A stretch of 64,000 nt of DNA, from the NCBI GenBank assembly GCA_034520965.1, contig JAXHMY010000009.1:160001-224000 (forward strand), read 5' to 3'. Under the pieces are notes generated by a model. It was not told the origin of the DNA and searched no databases. It saw only the letters and a program-made list of their open reading frames with translations. A program made the translations under genes and the position numbers. Below, one piece after another: positions 31,051 through 39,896 of the stretch; within the stretch, counting starts at the first letter, position 1; the number at the start of each line of letters is the position of its first letter. The stretch is from Spirochaetia bacterium (GTDB lineage: Bacteria > Spirochaetota > Spirochaetia > DSM-16054 > Sediminispirochaetaceae).

Positions 31051-31338
31051 ATGAACATTGAGGGAATAGGACCTATCGATCCCATATCGAAGCTTACGAA
31101 GAACCAGCATGCGCACAAAGCGGAAAAAACGGATCCTAAGGATTCTATCAACATTTCCGCGGATGCAAAGACCATGGGTGAAGTATACAAGATTGCAGAA
31201 CAAGTAAAGGCTGCAGATGATATAAGATGGGACCGGGTTGCCGAGGTAAAAGAGAAAATGAAGGACCCAAATTATATAAACGATACGGTCCTGGAAGATG
31301 TAGCTGACTCTGTAATGGATCTGTTTGATATCAGTTAA
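31051..31338 (+). CDS. flgM: Anti-sigma-28 factor FlgM
   Basis: DSINIS...DIRWDRVAEVKEK...Y pattern and an upstream sigma-28 promoter. Confidence 0.85.
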   Translation: MNIEGIGPIDPISKLTKNQHAHKAEKTDPKDSINISADAKTMGEVYKIAEQVKAADDIRWDRVAEVKEKMKDPNYINDTVLEDVADSVMDLFDIS

Positions 31339-31377
31339 CCCATACTGCAGGAGAGTAATGCTGTAAGATGGAAAATG

Positions 31378-31406
31378 AGACAGGGATACGCTCTCTGTCT
31401 TTTTTT
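31378..31406 (+). terminator. Rho-independent terminator after flgM
   Basis: AGACAGGGA-TACGC-TCTCTGTCT followed by a T-run. Confidence 0.75.
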
Positions 31407-31441
31407 GTGTGCTGAAAAAATATGAATGAGGGCTGAAAAGT

Positions 31442-32590
31442 GTGAATGATCTGGAATTATATGTACCAAGCCGGGCCTTTTGTTATTACGGGGCTATTTC
31501 GCAGCTTGGTCGTTCTTGTTTTAAAGGAAGCCGTCGGATACTTTTGATAACGAACTCTCACTTACCGGAAACTGCTGGGCTAAAAAGTGTTCTTAGTACT
31601 GCAGAGGCAAACGGACTGAATATTATTGTAGTTCCGGATATACATCCCTATTCAAGTGATTCTGTAGTTGATGAGGTGATGGATATTGCCCGCATCAGCT
31701 ATATTGAAGGAGTAATCGGTTACGGCGATGTGGATGCCTTGTCTGTGGCCAGAGCGGTAGCACTGCTGACACCTCAGAAGCTGGAGCTTCAGCAGCTGTA
31801 TGACGGGCTGCCGGACCACACAGAGTCGCTTCCCTACGTAGAAATACCGGCTACCTCAAGAAGTCCATTCCTGTTTAACGGAGGCCTGGTGCTGGGCGAT
31901 CGCTACGACAAGAGTACCCGGTTTCTGCAGGTGGAGGCTTTCCGTCCATGTGCGGTTATACAAGACCCGGCGTTATTGAAAGAGTTTTCTCGAAAGTACC
32001 GGGTAGCTGCCCTGCTGGATACTCTTCTTCTGGCAGTGGAGAGTTATTTCTCCAGAAATGCAACCTTTCTCTCCGAGACCCTTTCCTTGCGTGCTATCGG
32101 AGTTGCAATTAATAATATGACCGCCCATCAACAGACTCCGGATGCGAGCGAGACCCTGTTTCAGTCTCAGCAGGCCGGATTTTTTGCAGGCCTCGGACTG
32201 TCGATGAGTGCTCCCGGCTGGGGGACTGCCGCCGCTTACACCCTCGGACGGCTGGTTCACGTCCCACAGCCGATTATTGCCACCATTTTACTGCCCTACG
32301 TACTGGAATATGGACTTAAGGTGTGTCCGGAGAAGGTGGCCAGAATGGGCAATATCCTGGGCGAAAACCTAAAGGGTCTGTCGGTGGTCGCGGCGGCGGA
32401 CAGGGTAGTAGAGTCCCTGCGCGCTTCCCTGGGGGTTGATCAGCTCCCCGGCCGGCTTAGCGAGGTGGGGGTGGAGGAGCAGCACCTCTCTCAGACCGCT
32501 GCCAAACTGTTGGAAGTGCCCTTTTTAGAGGCCCTGCCGGAGCCGGTTTCGAGTCAGGAACTGTTCACTTTTCTTAAAGATGCTCTTTAA
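31442..32590 (+). CDS. Iron-containing alcohol dehydrogenase-fold protein with degenerate active site
   Basis: Overall Fe-ADH layout (EIPAT, IQDPAL, ILLPYVL, LPGRLSEVGV), but GGGS and the His ligands are absent. Confidence 0.8.
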   Translation: MNDLELYVPSRAFCYYGAISQLGRSCFKGSRRILLITNSHLPETAGLKSVLSTAEANGLNIIVVPDIHPYSSDSVVDEVMDIARISYIEGVIGYGDVDALSVARAVALLTPQKLELQQLYDGLPDHTESLPYVEIPATSRSPFLFNGGLVLGDRYDKSTRFLQVEAFRPCAVIQDPALLKEFSRKYRVAALLDTLLLAVESYFSRNATFLSETLSLRAIGVAINNMTAHQQTPDASETLFQSQQAGFFAGLGLSMSAPGWGTAAAYTLGRLVHVPQPIIATILLPYVLEYGLKVCPEKVARMGNILGENLKGLSVVAAADRVVESLRASLGVDQLPGRLSEVGVEEQHLSQTAAKLLEVPFLEALPEPVSSQELFTFLKDAL

Positions 32591-32657
32591 TTCATCACTC
32601 CCACGCCCGCGGGGCTCCATAAAAGATAACCCCAGAAAAGATAAATAGAGAGGATAG

Positions 32658-33443
32658 ATGATTACCCTGCAAAAGCTCAGATCCCTCCCTCCGAAAACAA
32701 GGGTACGCAAAATTATCACTATGCTTGAAGAGTTGGAGACCCAGCTGCTCCGAGGTGAGAGTCCGGACCGGTACTATATCCGGCAGGTACTCAAGCTGCT
32801 GGAAGGCGAGGAGAAGCTTCTCAGCCCTGAATTACGGGCAGAAGTCGGCCGGTTAATTCAGCTGCCGATCGAACACTCGGAAGCTTTTCTTCACAGCCTG
32901 CATAATGTGCGCTACGGGGTTATGGCTGCCCTGGGAATAGTTCCGGCGGACTGGGATTTCTTTGACCCTGAAAGCGGACTGCTCTCACGTTCACGAGGGA
33001 CGATTCTGCCGATTTCCCTGTATCTGGACGAAATCCGTTCTCCCTACAATGTGGGCTCCATTTTTCGTACTGCCGAGGCTTTTGGGGTGAGGCAGCTGTA
33101 CCTCTCACAATTTACCGCCGATGCAGAACATAAGCGGGCCCTGCGAACCTCGATGGGAGCTACCAGCGTTGTTCCGTGGAGGAGGGAAACCTTGGAAGTG
33201 GTGGCGGAAAGTCAGCCGGTATTTGCACTAGAGCTGGGAGGCACAGATATCGAGGAGTTTTTCTTTCCCTCCGAGGGAGTGGCGGTGCTTGGCTCGGAGG
33301 AATTGGGGATCAGCCCCGAGGCGCGGCGCATAGCTGAGCAGAGTGCCGGTATTGTTTCAATATCTCTGCGGGGGGCTAAGGGTTCGCTGAATGTGGCCGC
33401 CGCCTGTAGTATACTTCTGCAGGCCTGGCAGCGTAATTTCTAG
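32658..33443 (+). CDS. TrmH/SpoU family RNA methyltransferase
   Basis: NVGSIFRTA, LGSEELG and SLNVA. Confidence 0.92.
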   Translation: MITLQKLRSLPPKTRVRKIITMLEELETQLLRGESPDRYYIRQVLKLLEGEEKLLSPELRAEVGRLIQLPIEHSEAFLHSLHNVRYGVMAALGIVPADWDFFDPESGLLSRSRGTILPISLYLDEIRSPYNVGSIFRTAEAFGVRQLYLSQFTADAEHKRALRTSMGATSVVPWRRETLEVVAESQPVFALELGGTDIEEFFFPSEGVAVLGSEELGISPEARRIAEQSAGIVSISLRGAKGSLNVAAACSILLQAWQRNF

Positions 33444-33461
33444 GGCTTGTCTATCGCTTGT

Positions 33462-33782
33462 TCAGCTCCCGCGGGAAGCTATGCGGACCGTGTTCCACTT
33501 CAAAAAACTAAAGTAGGTTTTGTCCTGGTATTCCCAAATCTTTACACTCCGTCCGGCAGCCAGCTTTTCCAAAAGTTCGTTCATTATGTCCAGAACGGTC
33601 TCCGGCGCTCCGGCTTCCTTTCCGATGATAATTTCCCGGGGCAGCAGAGCTGCTGTCTCGCGGGCAGGCAGATATCCGTCTATTTCAGTTGCGTCTACGC
33701 TGTGGCGCAGCCTGGCGCAGACATGCATTTTCTGCTGTTCTACCTCTACTCCTATGCGCGTGACTGTATATACTGGTTTCAT
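33462..33782 (-). CDS. Hypothetical protein (106 aa)
   Basis: AAGGGG RBS before ATG 33782; GYLPARE..ALLPR motif. Confidence 0.7.
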   Translation of the reverse strand: MKPVYTVTRIGVEVEQQKMHVCARLRHSVDATEIDGYLPARETAALLPREIIIGKEAGAPETVLDIMNELLEKLAAGRSVKIWEYQDKTYFSFLKWNTVRIASRGS

Positions 33783-33871
33783 TCGTGGCCCCCTTTTTAC
33801 ATAAGGACAGTCAAAGAGTCCTGACTGCTTCAAACTGATAGGGTATACAATGAAAAAACACAGAAATACAC

Positions 33872-33905
33872 AAAAAAACACCGCAGAATAAAATATTCTG
33901 CGGTG
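33872..33905 (-). terminator. Rho-independent terminator after the glutaredoxin gene
   Basis: CACCGCAGAATA-AAA-TATTCTGCGGTG with an A7 run on + (U-tail on -). Confidence 0.8.
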
Positions 33906-33935
33906 AAAATAAGGATTAGGGGGTATATATAGAAA

Positions 33936-34166
33936 TTAGCGATGCAATGCCCGCTCAATTTCCGGTTGGTTAAAGCCAACTATAACGCGTCCATGTATAT
34001 CAATCACAGGAACGCCCATTTGGCCCGACTTTTTCATCATTTCATCAGCCTTAGCTTGATTAGTTGCGACATTGTATTCAGTAAATTGTACTTTTCTTTC
34101 CCGTAAATACTCTTTTGCCTTTCTACAATAGGCGCATGTGGGAGTTGAATAGAGAGCAACTGCCAT
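33936..34166 (-). CDS. Glutaredoxin-like protein (NrdH/YruB family)
   Basis: YSTPTCAYC, GVPVI and IVGF. Confidence 0.92.
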   Translation of the reverse strand: MAVALYSTPTCAYCRKAKEYLRERKVQFTEYNVATNQAKADEMMKKSGQMGVPVIDIHGRVIVGFNQPEIERALHR

Positions 34167-34244
34167 TATGTACCTCCGTTATATCTATTAAACTATTATT
34201 GTATAAAGAATATAATATATAGATATAAGGAAGTCAATAATATC

Positions 34245-35732
34245 TTACATGCTTTCTCGTTTGGTTGCTTCGTGGTCAAAGGCGCGGGACAGCCGTTCAA
34301 TAATTACCTTAACCTGCTCTTCATTCTTAATCCCGTAGCTGCGGAGGACCCCCATATTCAGCTGCTCATAGGAAATCTCCCCGTCCTCAATGTTTGCCAG
34401 GGCGTTTGCCAGGTACACGGTATAGACTACGTCCCGCATGGCAGGATCGCAGTTCGCCGGCTCGTGGTGGTAGCGGATTGCTTCGATTAGGGTGGGTGGA
34501 AAGTTCCACTTTTCAGCTATTCGCCCGCCTATTTCAGCGTGGTTTAAGCCGGCGGAGAGATCTTCAAACATTTCCCGGTCTATTCCGCGCTTTTCACAGA
34601 AGCTGGATATTTTCTCCAGCAACTGAGGGTGTACCTCGGAAAAGATAATTTTACCCATATCGTGGAGGATTCCGCCCACGTAGGCATCATCCAGAAGGTC
34701 CTTTTTACGCTTAAAATTTTTGGCAAGGTTGTAGGCATAGAAAGCGGTTTTATAGGAGTGGTTCCACAGCCATTTCATCTGCTGGTTCAATATTTGCTGG
34801 GTTCCGTAGGAGTAGAGCAAATTCTTCAAGCCCCGCAGTCCAACCAACTTTACGGCCTCTACTATATTATCCACCCGTTTGGGAAGCATAAACTGTGCGG
34901 AATTGACGACTTTTAATAAATCTGCAGTTAGGGAAGGGTCGGTACTGATGTCCCGAGCGATATCGCTGATTTCTGAATCCGGGTCGTTGATTAGTTTCTG
35001 AAGATGGATGATATTGTCGGGAAACTGGGGTAGCTCATTGATTTCGTTTACAATTTCTTCGCTGAGGATATCGATGCTCTCTGCATGTACTTCAGAGAAG
35101 GGTATGGTAATTCGGGCGATGGTCTCCCCGTTTTCTACGTCGATGTCAAAGGAATCCTCGTCTAAACCTATCTTCTTCAGCATAAGAACCAGAATTACAA
35201 TTCCCAGTCCGGCCCCTTCTGAATCGTCAATCACCGTGGAGAGGGCTTCTTCCATCGTCTCAAAGGCGCGGGACCGGGCAATACGGTCGTATACCCGCAT
35301 CTGCTCTTTACGGGATATTTCGGTGTTGTTTTTGATACTTAAAGTGAAGGTTTGCTGCTTTACTTGAAAGACTACCTTGATATAGAGGCCCGCCTCTTTC
35401 TGTTTTTCCAGGTAATGGTTGATATTCGACAGAGTATCATCCTTAAAACTGCGCATCCCCTCTTCGTATTCTTTCGGATCGCTTAAATCGAGCTCCCTTT
35501 CTTGAAAGTACACCCGTTTCGTATTAGCCTTTTTGGCGTTAACCGCCAGTTCTTTCATGCAGTAGGCAATTCGGTCCTTCAGATGATCCTGACCAAATTC
35601 ACCCAGAAAATATGCAAGTATTTCTTCTAGATATTCCTCGGTCTCATGGGGGAGGGTATAGGTTTTTATTGCTAATGGAACTGAACCTCGAATAGCTTTT
35701 TTTACTTGTTCTGTATTTACCGCTGGAGCCAT
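34245..35732 (-). CDS. HDOD-domain signalling protein with N-terminal HATPase-like domain
   Basis: ELAVNAKKAN and GAGLG in the N-terminus; DPSLTADLLKVVNS, LHDMGK, HAEIG and WNFP..IRYHH. Confidence 0.88.
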   Translation of the reverse strand: MAPAVNTEQVKKAIRGSVPLAIKTYTLPHETEEYLEEILAYFLGEFGQDHLKDRIAYCMKELAVNAKKANTKRVYFQERELDLSDPKEYEEGMRSFKDDTLSNINHYLEKQKEAGLYIKVVFQVKQQTFTLSIKNNTEISRKEQMRVYDRIARSRAFETMEEALSTVIDDSEGAGLGIVILVLMLKKIGLDEDSFDIDVENGETIARITIPFSEVHAESIDILSEEIVNEINELPQFPDNIIHLQKLINDPDSEISDIARDISTDPSLTADLLKVVNSAQFMLPKRVDNIVEAVKLVGLRGLKNLLYSYGTQQILNQQMKWLWNHSYKTAFYAYNLAKNFKRKKDLLDDAYVGGILHDMGKIIFSEVHPQLLEKISSFCEKRGIDREMFEDLSAGLNHAEIGGRIAEKWNFPPTLIEAIRYHHEPANCDPAMRDVVYTVYLANALANIEDGEISYEQLNMGVLRSYGIKNEEQVKVIIERLSRAFDHEATKRESM

Positions 35733-35810
35733 ATATACCACCTGCAATTATTTTTTTTTTATACGCTACCTATCATAAGTCTATGGAGTTGAAAGTCAAG
35801 TGAAATTATC

Positions 35811-38195
35811 TCAACCCGAATAATTTTTTACCTGATTTGCCATTTCCTTCAGGCGGTGCTCGATATGAGCGTTGATCGAATCCTTAGGAAATGCTCCCCG
35901 AGCGCTGCGGCTTCCGGAAACCTTACCGGTAAGAATCTCAAGGCCCTCATCGATAGTATTAATTGGGTAAATATGAAATTTGCCCAGTTCTATTGCCTCG
36001 CGGACATCGGCATTTACCATCACGTTGTGTCTGTTCTTCTCCGGAATAAGGACCCCCTGGCTGCCGGTAAGTCCGAAGAGTTTACACATCGAAAAAAAGC
36101 CTTCGAGCTTCTCCGATATCCCGCCAACCGGCATAATTTCTCCCATCTGGTTTACCGAACCGGTTACGGCTATTCCCTGATCAAAGGGGGTCTCACCTAC
36201 CGCCGACAGAAGTGCATATATTTCGGCCGCCGAAGCCGAATCTCCGTCGATTTCACTGTAGGACTGTTCAAAACAGAGGCTTGCATACATGGACAAGGGG
36301 AAAGAATGGGCGTACTTATTACGCAGATAGCCCTCCAGGATGAGGACCCATTTATCGTGTATCTCTCCAGACAAGCCTACCTCACGCTCGATGTTGATGA
36401 TTCCCTCATTTCCGGGGGCAACCCGGGCTGATACCACGGTGGGAAGGCCAAAACTGTAATATCCCCGATCGTGGATAGCCAAGCCGTTGATAATACCGGT
36501 CTGGGTACCGCTGAACTTCATCTGGATCTCGCCAGTGGAAATCATCTCTACCAGTTTCTCTTCCGGCAGGCCGGCCAGGTATTTGCGTTCGTACAAAGCC
36601 TTTTCAACTGCTTCGTGTCGAACCTTGGAATGACCCATTTTAGCGGCCCAGTAGCTCGATTCCCGCAGCAGGTCGGCTATTAAGGAGAATTGGGTGCTAA
36701 TTTTATCGCGTTGTTCGGCCAATAGAATTCCATGCTCAACTATCCGTGCAATTCCCCGGCTTTCAAAGGGCAGCAGGTGTTCATCGTCCTGGATCATCTT
36801 GATAAAGCCGATATAGCGGGCCAAATTATCCTGGGATAAAGGCATTACCGAATCAAACTCGGCTGAAATTTTGAAATGCTTATGAAAGTCGGTATCCTGA
36901 TTGTAGAGATTGTCGTAAAGATTTTCACTACCGACTACGATTACCTTGGTGTCGATTTTAATCGGCTGGGGCTTCATCATGGTGTACTGAAAGCTGACCA
37001 CATGTTCACTCGGTTGAATTTCCACTTGTTCGGTTTGCAGTACCCGCTTCAACTGATCCCATAAATCTTCATCCCTGAGAATATCTTGGGCGTTTAGAAT
37101 AAGAAAACCGCCGGAGGCGCGAATAAGCGATCCGGCCTTTATCATCATGAAGGTGCTGCGGCTCTGTCCGTTCAGGTCGAGTCGGCTCTCAATCGTACCA
37201 AACAGGTTGGTGTTTGTTGGATGGTGTTCAAAGATAATCGGCACCTGTTGGGCGGTACTGTTATCAACCAGCACATTTACGCCGTAGCGAACCAATGCGG
37301 GGTTGCCCCCCTCATCGTTGGGCTGTTCACGCAAAAAAAGGAACAAATGGTGGACAATATCAGTTTTAAGTGCATCGAGGTATGTGCTGACGGAGGGCGC
37401 GGTATAATGTTCCTGCAGCCGTTCTACTTCCTCTTCGACTCCGGGGGTAACCGTTTCAATTTGCAAGCTCTCAAGCTCTTTCTCAAGGGCGTTGCGCCCC
37501 TCCTTCAGTTCCTGGAAGAGGCGCCGCATTTCGTCCATCAGCTGGTAATAGCGTTCACGAGTGCGGTTCCAGTAGGCATTATCAAGCTTTCCTGCCTGTA
37601 CCAGCTGCTGCAGTTCCTCAAAATCCACAGCTTCGCCATTATACAGTGGAACTATATCCGTAGAATCGTTGTCTTCCTCATGGATGTGGACCAGCTTAAA
37701 GCCTTCCGAATGCAATTTTTCTTCGAAATCGGTCAGCGCCCGGTTCTCTTCCTGGTCAATCATACCAATCAGGCGGTCACGCTCCTGCTTATACGTGTCG
37801 CTGTCAAGCTTCTTACGGATAAGACCCTTCATGTCCTCTACCAGTTGGTGCACAGCATGTTTGAAGGTCTTGCCCTCTCCCTGCGGAAGGTAGAGCACCT
37901 GGGGATAATCGGGTTCGGTGAAGTTATATACAAAAACAGTGTCCGATAGGGGCATATCCTTTGACTGGTAGTGGGAGAGTACTTTTTTTATTGAAGTTGT
38001 ACGCCCAGTTCCTGATTGGCCGGTTACAAATATATTGTATCCCCGCGCCCTGATCTCAGTGCCTATCTGCAGAGCTCTGAGAGCCCGGGGCTGGCCGATC
38101 ACATCGGGGAGCTCAATAGTTTTCTGTAATTCTTCAATTTCATTCACATCGATTGATATCGATATTTGATCGGCAGGCAATTCACGATGTTCCAT
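35811..38195 (-). CDS. Lon-like (LonC-type) protease
   Basis: IGQPRA, GQSGTGRTT (degenerate Walker A), and DGDSAS/GGISEK Ser-Lys dyad. Confidence 0.92.
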   Translation of the reverse strand: MEHRELPADQISISIDVNEIEELQKTIELPDVIGQPRALRALQIGTEIRARGYNIFVTGQSGTGRTTSIKKVLSHYQSKDMPLSDTVFVYNFTEPDYPQVLYLPQGEGKTFKHAVHQLVEDMKGLIRKKLDSDTYKQERDRLIGMIDQEENRALTDFEEKLHSEGFKLVHIHEEDNDSTDIVPLYNGEAVDFEELQQLVQAGKLDNAYWNRTRERYYQLMDEMRRLFQELKEGRNALEKELESLQIETVTPGVEEEVERLQEHYTAPSVSTYLDALKTDIVHHLFLFLREQPNDEGGNPALVRYGVNVLVDNSTAQQVPIIFEHHPTNTNLFGTIESRLDLNGQSRSTFMMIKAGSLIRASGGFLILNAQDILRDEDLWDQLKRVLQTEQVEIQPSEHVVSFQYTMMKPQPIKIDTKVIVVGSENLYDNLYNQDTDFHKHFKISAEFDSVMPLSQDNLARYIGFIKMIQDDEHLLPFESRGIARIVEHGILLAEQRDKISTQFSLIADLLRESSYWAAKMGHSKVRHEAVEKALYERKYLAGLPEEKLVEMISTGEIQMKFSGTQTGIINGLAIHDRGYYSFGLPTVVSARVAPGNEGIINIEREVGLSGEIHDKWVLILEGYLRNKYAHSFPLSMYASLCFEQSYSEIDGDSASAAEIYALLSAVGETPFDQGIAVTGSVNQMGEIMPVGGISEKLEGFFSMCKLFGLTGSQGVLIPEKNRHNVMVNADVREAIELGKFHIYPINTIDEGLEILTGKVSGSRSARGAFPKDSINAHIEHRLKEMANQVKNYSG

Positions 38196-38295
38196 TATTA
38201 CTCCGTAGGTTCAACTATAGAGAGGCGGTCAAGCGCTTGTCAAGCGGAGCTGCCTGAGGTCTTGAAAATTATAGCTACCCTACTATAATGGAGCA

Positions 38296-39057
38296 ATGAA
38301 ATTACGTGAAGTAGTACAGTATTTTAATTCACTTTTACCCCTCGAAGATGTGGCTCACAGCGATTATTCTTTAAATGGACTTCAGGTGGGGGACCTGGAT
38401 GGCGAGGTTGAAAAAGTTGCCTTTGCAGTTGATGCTTGTATGGCTAGTTTTCAGCGGGCCGGGATGGCCGGTGCGCAGCTGCTATGTGTGCATCATGGTC
38501 TGTTCTGGGGCAAACCATTAGCAGTGACAGGGGCACACTATCGTCGTATGAAGTACCTGCTGGATGAAGGCTTGGCACTGTATGCAGCCCACCTTCCCCT
38601 TGATATGCAGCCGGAACTGGGCAACAATGCCGGCCTTGCCGATGCCCTGGGGCTTGAGCAGCGAAAGCCTTTTGGCGATTACCACGGGGTGCAGATTGGT
38701 GTACAGGGAATACTGCCCTCTGAGCTGAGCCTTGAACAGGTGCTGGCTAAGCTTGAATTAAGCAGCGAGAGTGCACTGGGGGTACTGCCCTTCGGTCCCG
38801 ATAAGATTAAAAGTGTGGGAATTATCTCAGGCGGTGCCGATAAAGAGGTGGGACAGGCGCTGCGGGATGAACTAGATTTGTATATTACCGGCGAACTGAA
38901 CCATCAGGTATATCACACCTGTCTGGAAGGCGGAATTAACCTGTTATCCGCGGGCCACTATTTTACCGAAACATACGGAGTACAGAATTTGATGAAAAAA
39001 ATGAATACAGACACCGGCTTGGAAACAATCTTTATAGATGTGCCGACGGGCTTATAA
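38296..39057 (+). CDS. Nif3-like dinuclear metal centre protein
   Basis: NGLQVG, VHHGLFW, AHLPLD, GNN and AGHYFTE. Confidence 0.95.
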   Translation: MKLREVVQYFNSLLPLEDVAHSDYSLNGLQVGDLDGEVEKVAFAVDACMASFQRAGMAGAQLLCVHHGLFWGKPLAVTGAHYRRMKYLLDEGLALYAAHLPLDMQPELGNNAGLADALGLEQRKPFGDYHGVQIGVQGILPSELSLEQVLAKLELSSESALGVLPFGPDKIKSVGIISGGADKEVGQALRDELDLYITGELNHQVYHTCLEGGINLLSAGHYFTETYGVQNLMKKMNTDTGLETIFIDVPTGL

Positions 39058-39059
39058 GC

Positions 39060-39590
39060 ATGGAAGCAACCCTGCCGTTGCATAAGCTTCGCACACAACT
39101 GCGTCCACTATGGTTGTCTTTGGCTATCATTGTGGCCGATCAAGTCAGTAAAGCCCTGATTGTAGCCACTATTCCGCTGCACAGCATTGGAGCCGTTTTT
39201 TTTGATGGGTTTCTACGTATTATCCATACACGGAACTTGGCAATCGCTTTCAGCATTGGCCGCTCCCTTTCACAGCAGGTGCGTACCGTATTGTTTATCA
39301 TTCTCCCGCTCATTTTGCTGGTGATGCTGGTTATATATTTTATTAAAACCGACGACTTTACCCGGCTGCAGCGCTGGGCGGTGGCCGGAATAATCGGAGG
39401 CGGGTTTGGGAATATGATCGACCGCCTCTTCCGTCCGGAGGGTGTTGTTGATTTTATCGATGTACGTTTTTACGGGCTTTTCGGTTTGGAACGCTGGCCT
39501 ACATTTAATGTGGCCGACTCATCTGTGGTTGTAGCCGGAATAGTAATGGCGGCCTCGTTTATTTTAGAAAAGGGAGAAGAAGATGAATAA
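39060..39590 (+). CDS. lspA: Lipoprotein signal peptidase II
   Basis: DQVSK, GNMIDR, VVDFI and FNVADS. Confidence 0.96.
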   Translation: MEATLPLHKLRTQLRPLWLSLAIIVADQVSKALIVATIPLHSIGAVFFDGFLRIIHTRNLAIAFSIGRSLSQQVRTVLFIILPLILLVMLVIYFIKTDDFTRLQRWAVAGIIGGGFGNMIDRLFRPEGVVDFIDVRFYGLFGLERWPTFNVADSSVVVAGIVMAASFILEKGEEDE

Positions 39591-39858
39591 GAAGGTAAAT
39601 ACATTTCTGTTTATACTGGGAGCCACAATATTTAATATTATTATGATGATCCTGATTCTGGTGGTTGGGCTTGCACTGATTAGTGTGTTTGTCGGGGAGA
39701 ATATAGGTGCGGGGGCTGCCCAAATTCTTTTTTTACTGTTGTTTGTAGCTTCAATTGCGGGAGCGTTTTTTTTGTATCACCGGGCAGTGAAGCTGCTGTC
39801 GCGTAAAATTGATATGGAAAAGTACTTTCACCCGATTTTTACCCGCTTCAAAAAATAG
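39583..39858 (+). CDS. Small two-TM membrane protein coupled to lspA
   Basis: Overlapping start with RBS; two hydrophobic helices. Confidence 0.75.
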   Translation: MNKKVNTFLFILGATIFNIIMMILILVVGLALISVFVGENIGAGAAQILFLLLFVASIAGAFFLYHRAVKLLSRKIDMEKYFHPIFTRFKK

Positions 39859-39896
39859 CTTTAAAAGGTAGCTTCAAAAAAGTAGTGAAGTCCGGC

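Noticed and set aside
37221..37949. 242-aa + strand ORF, and similar 100-200 aa ORFs opposite aspS, htpG and the kinase
   Set aside because: They lie fully within well-supported genes on the opposite strand.
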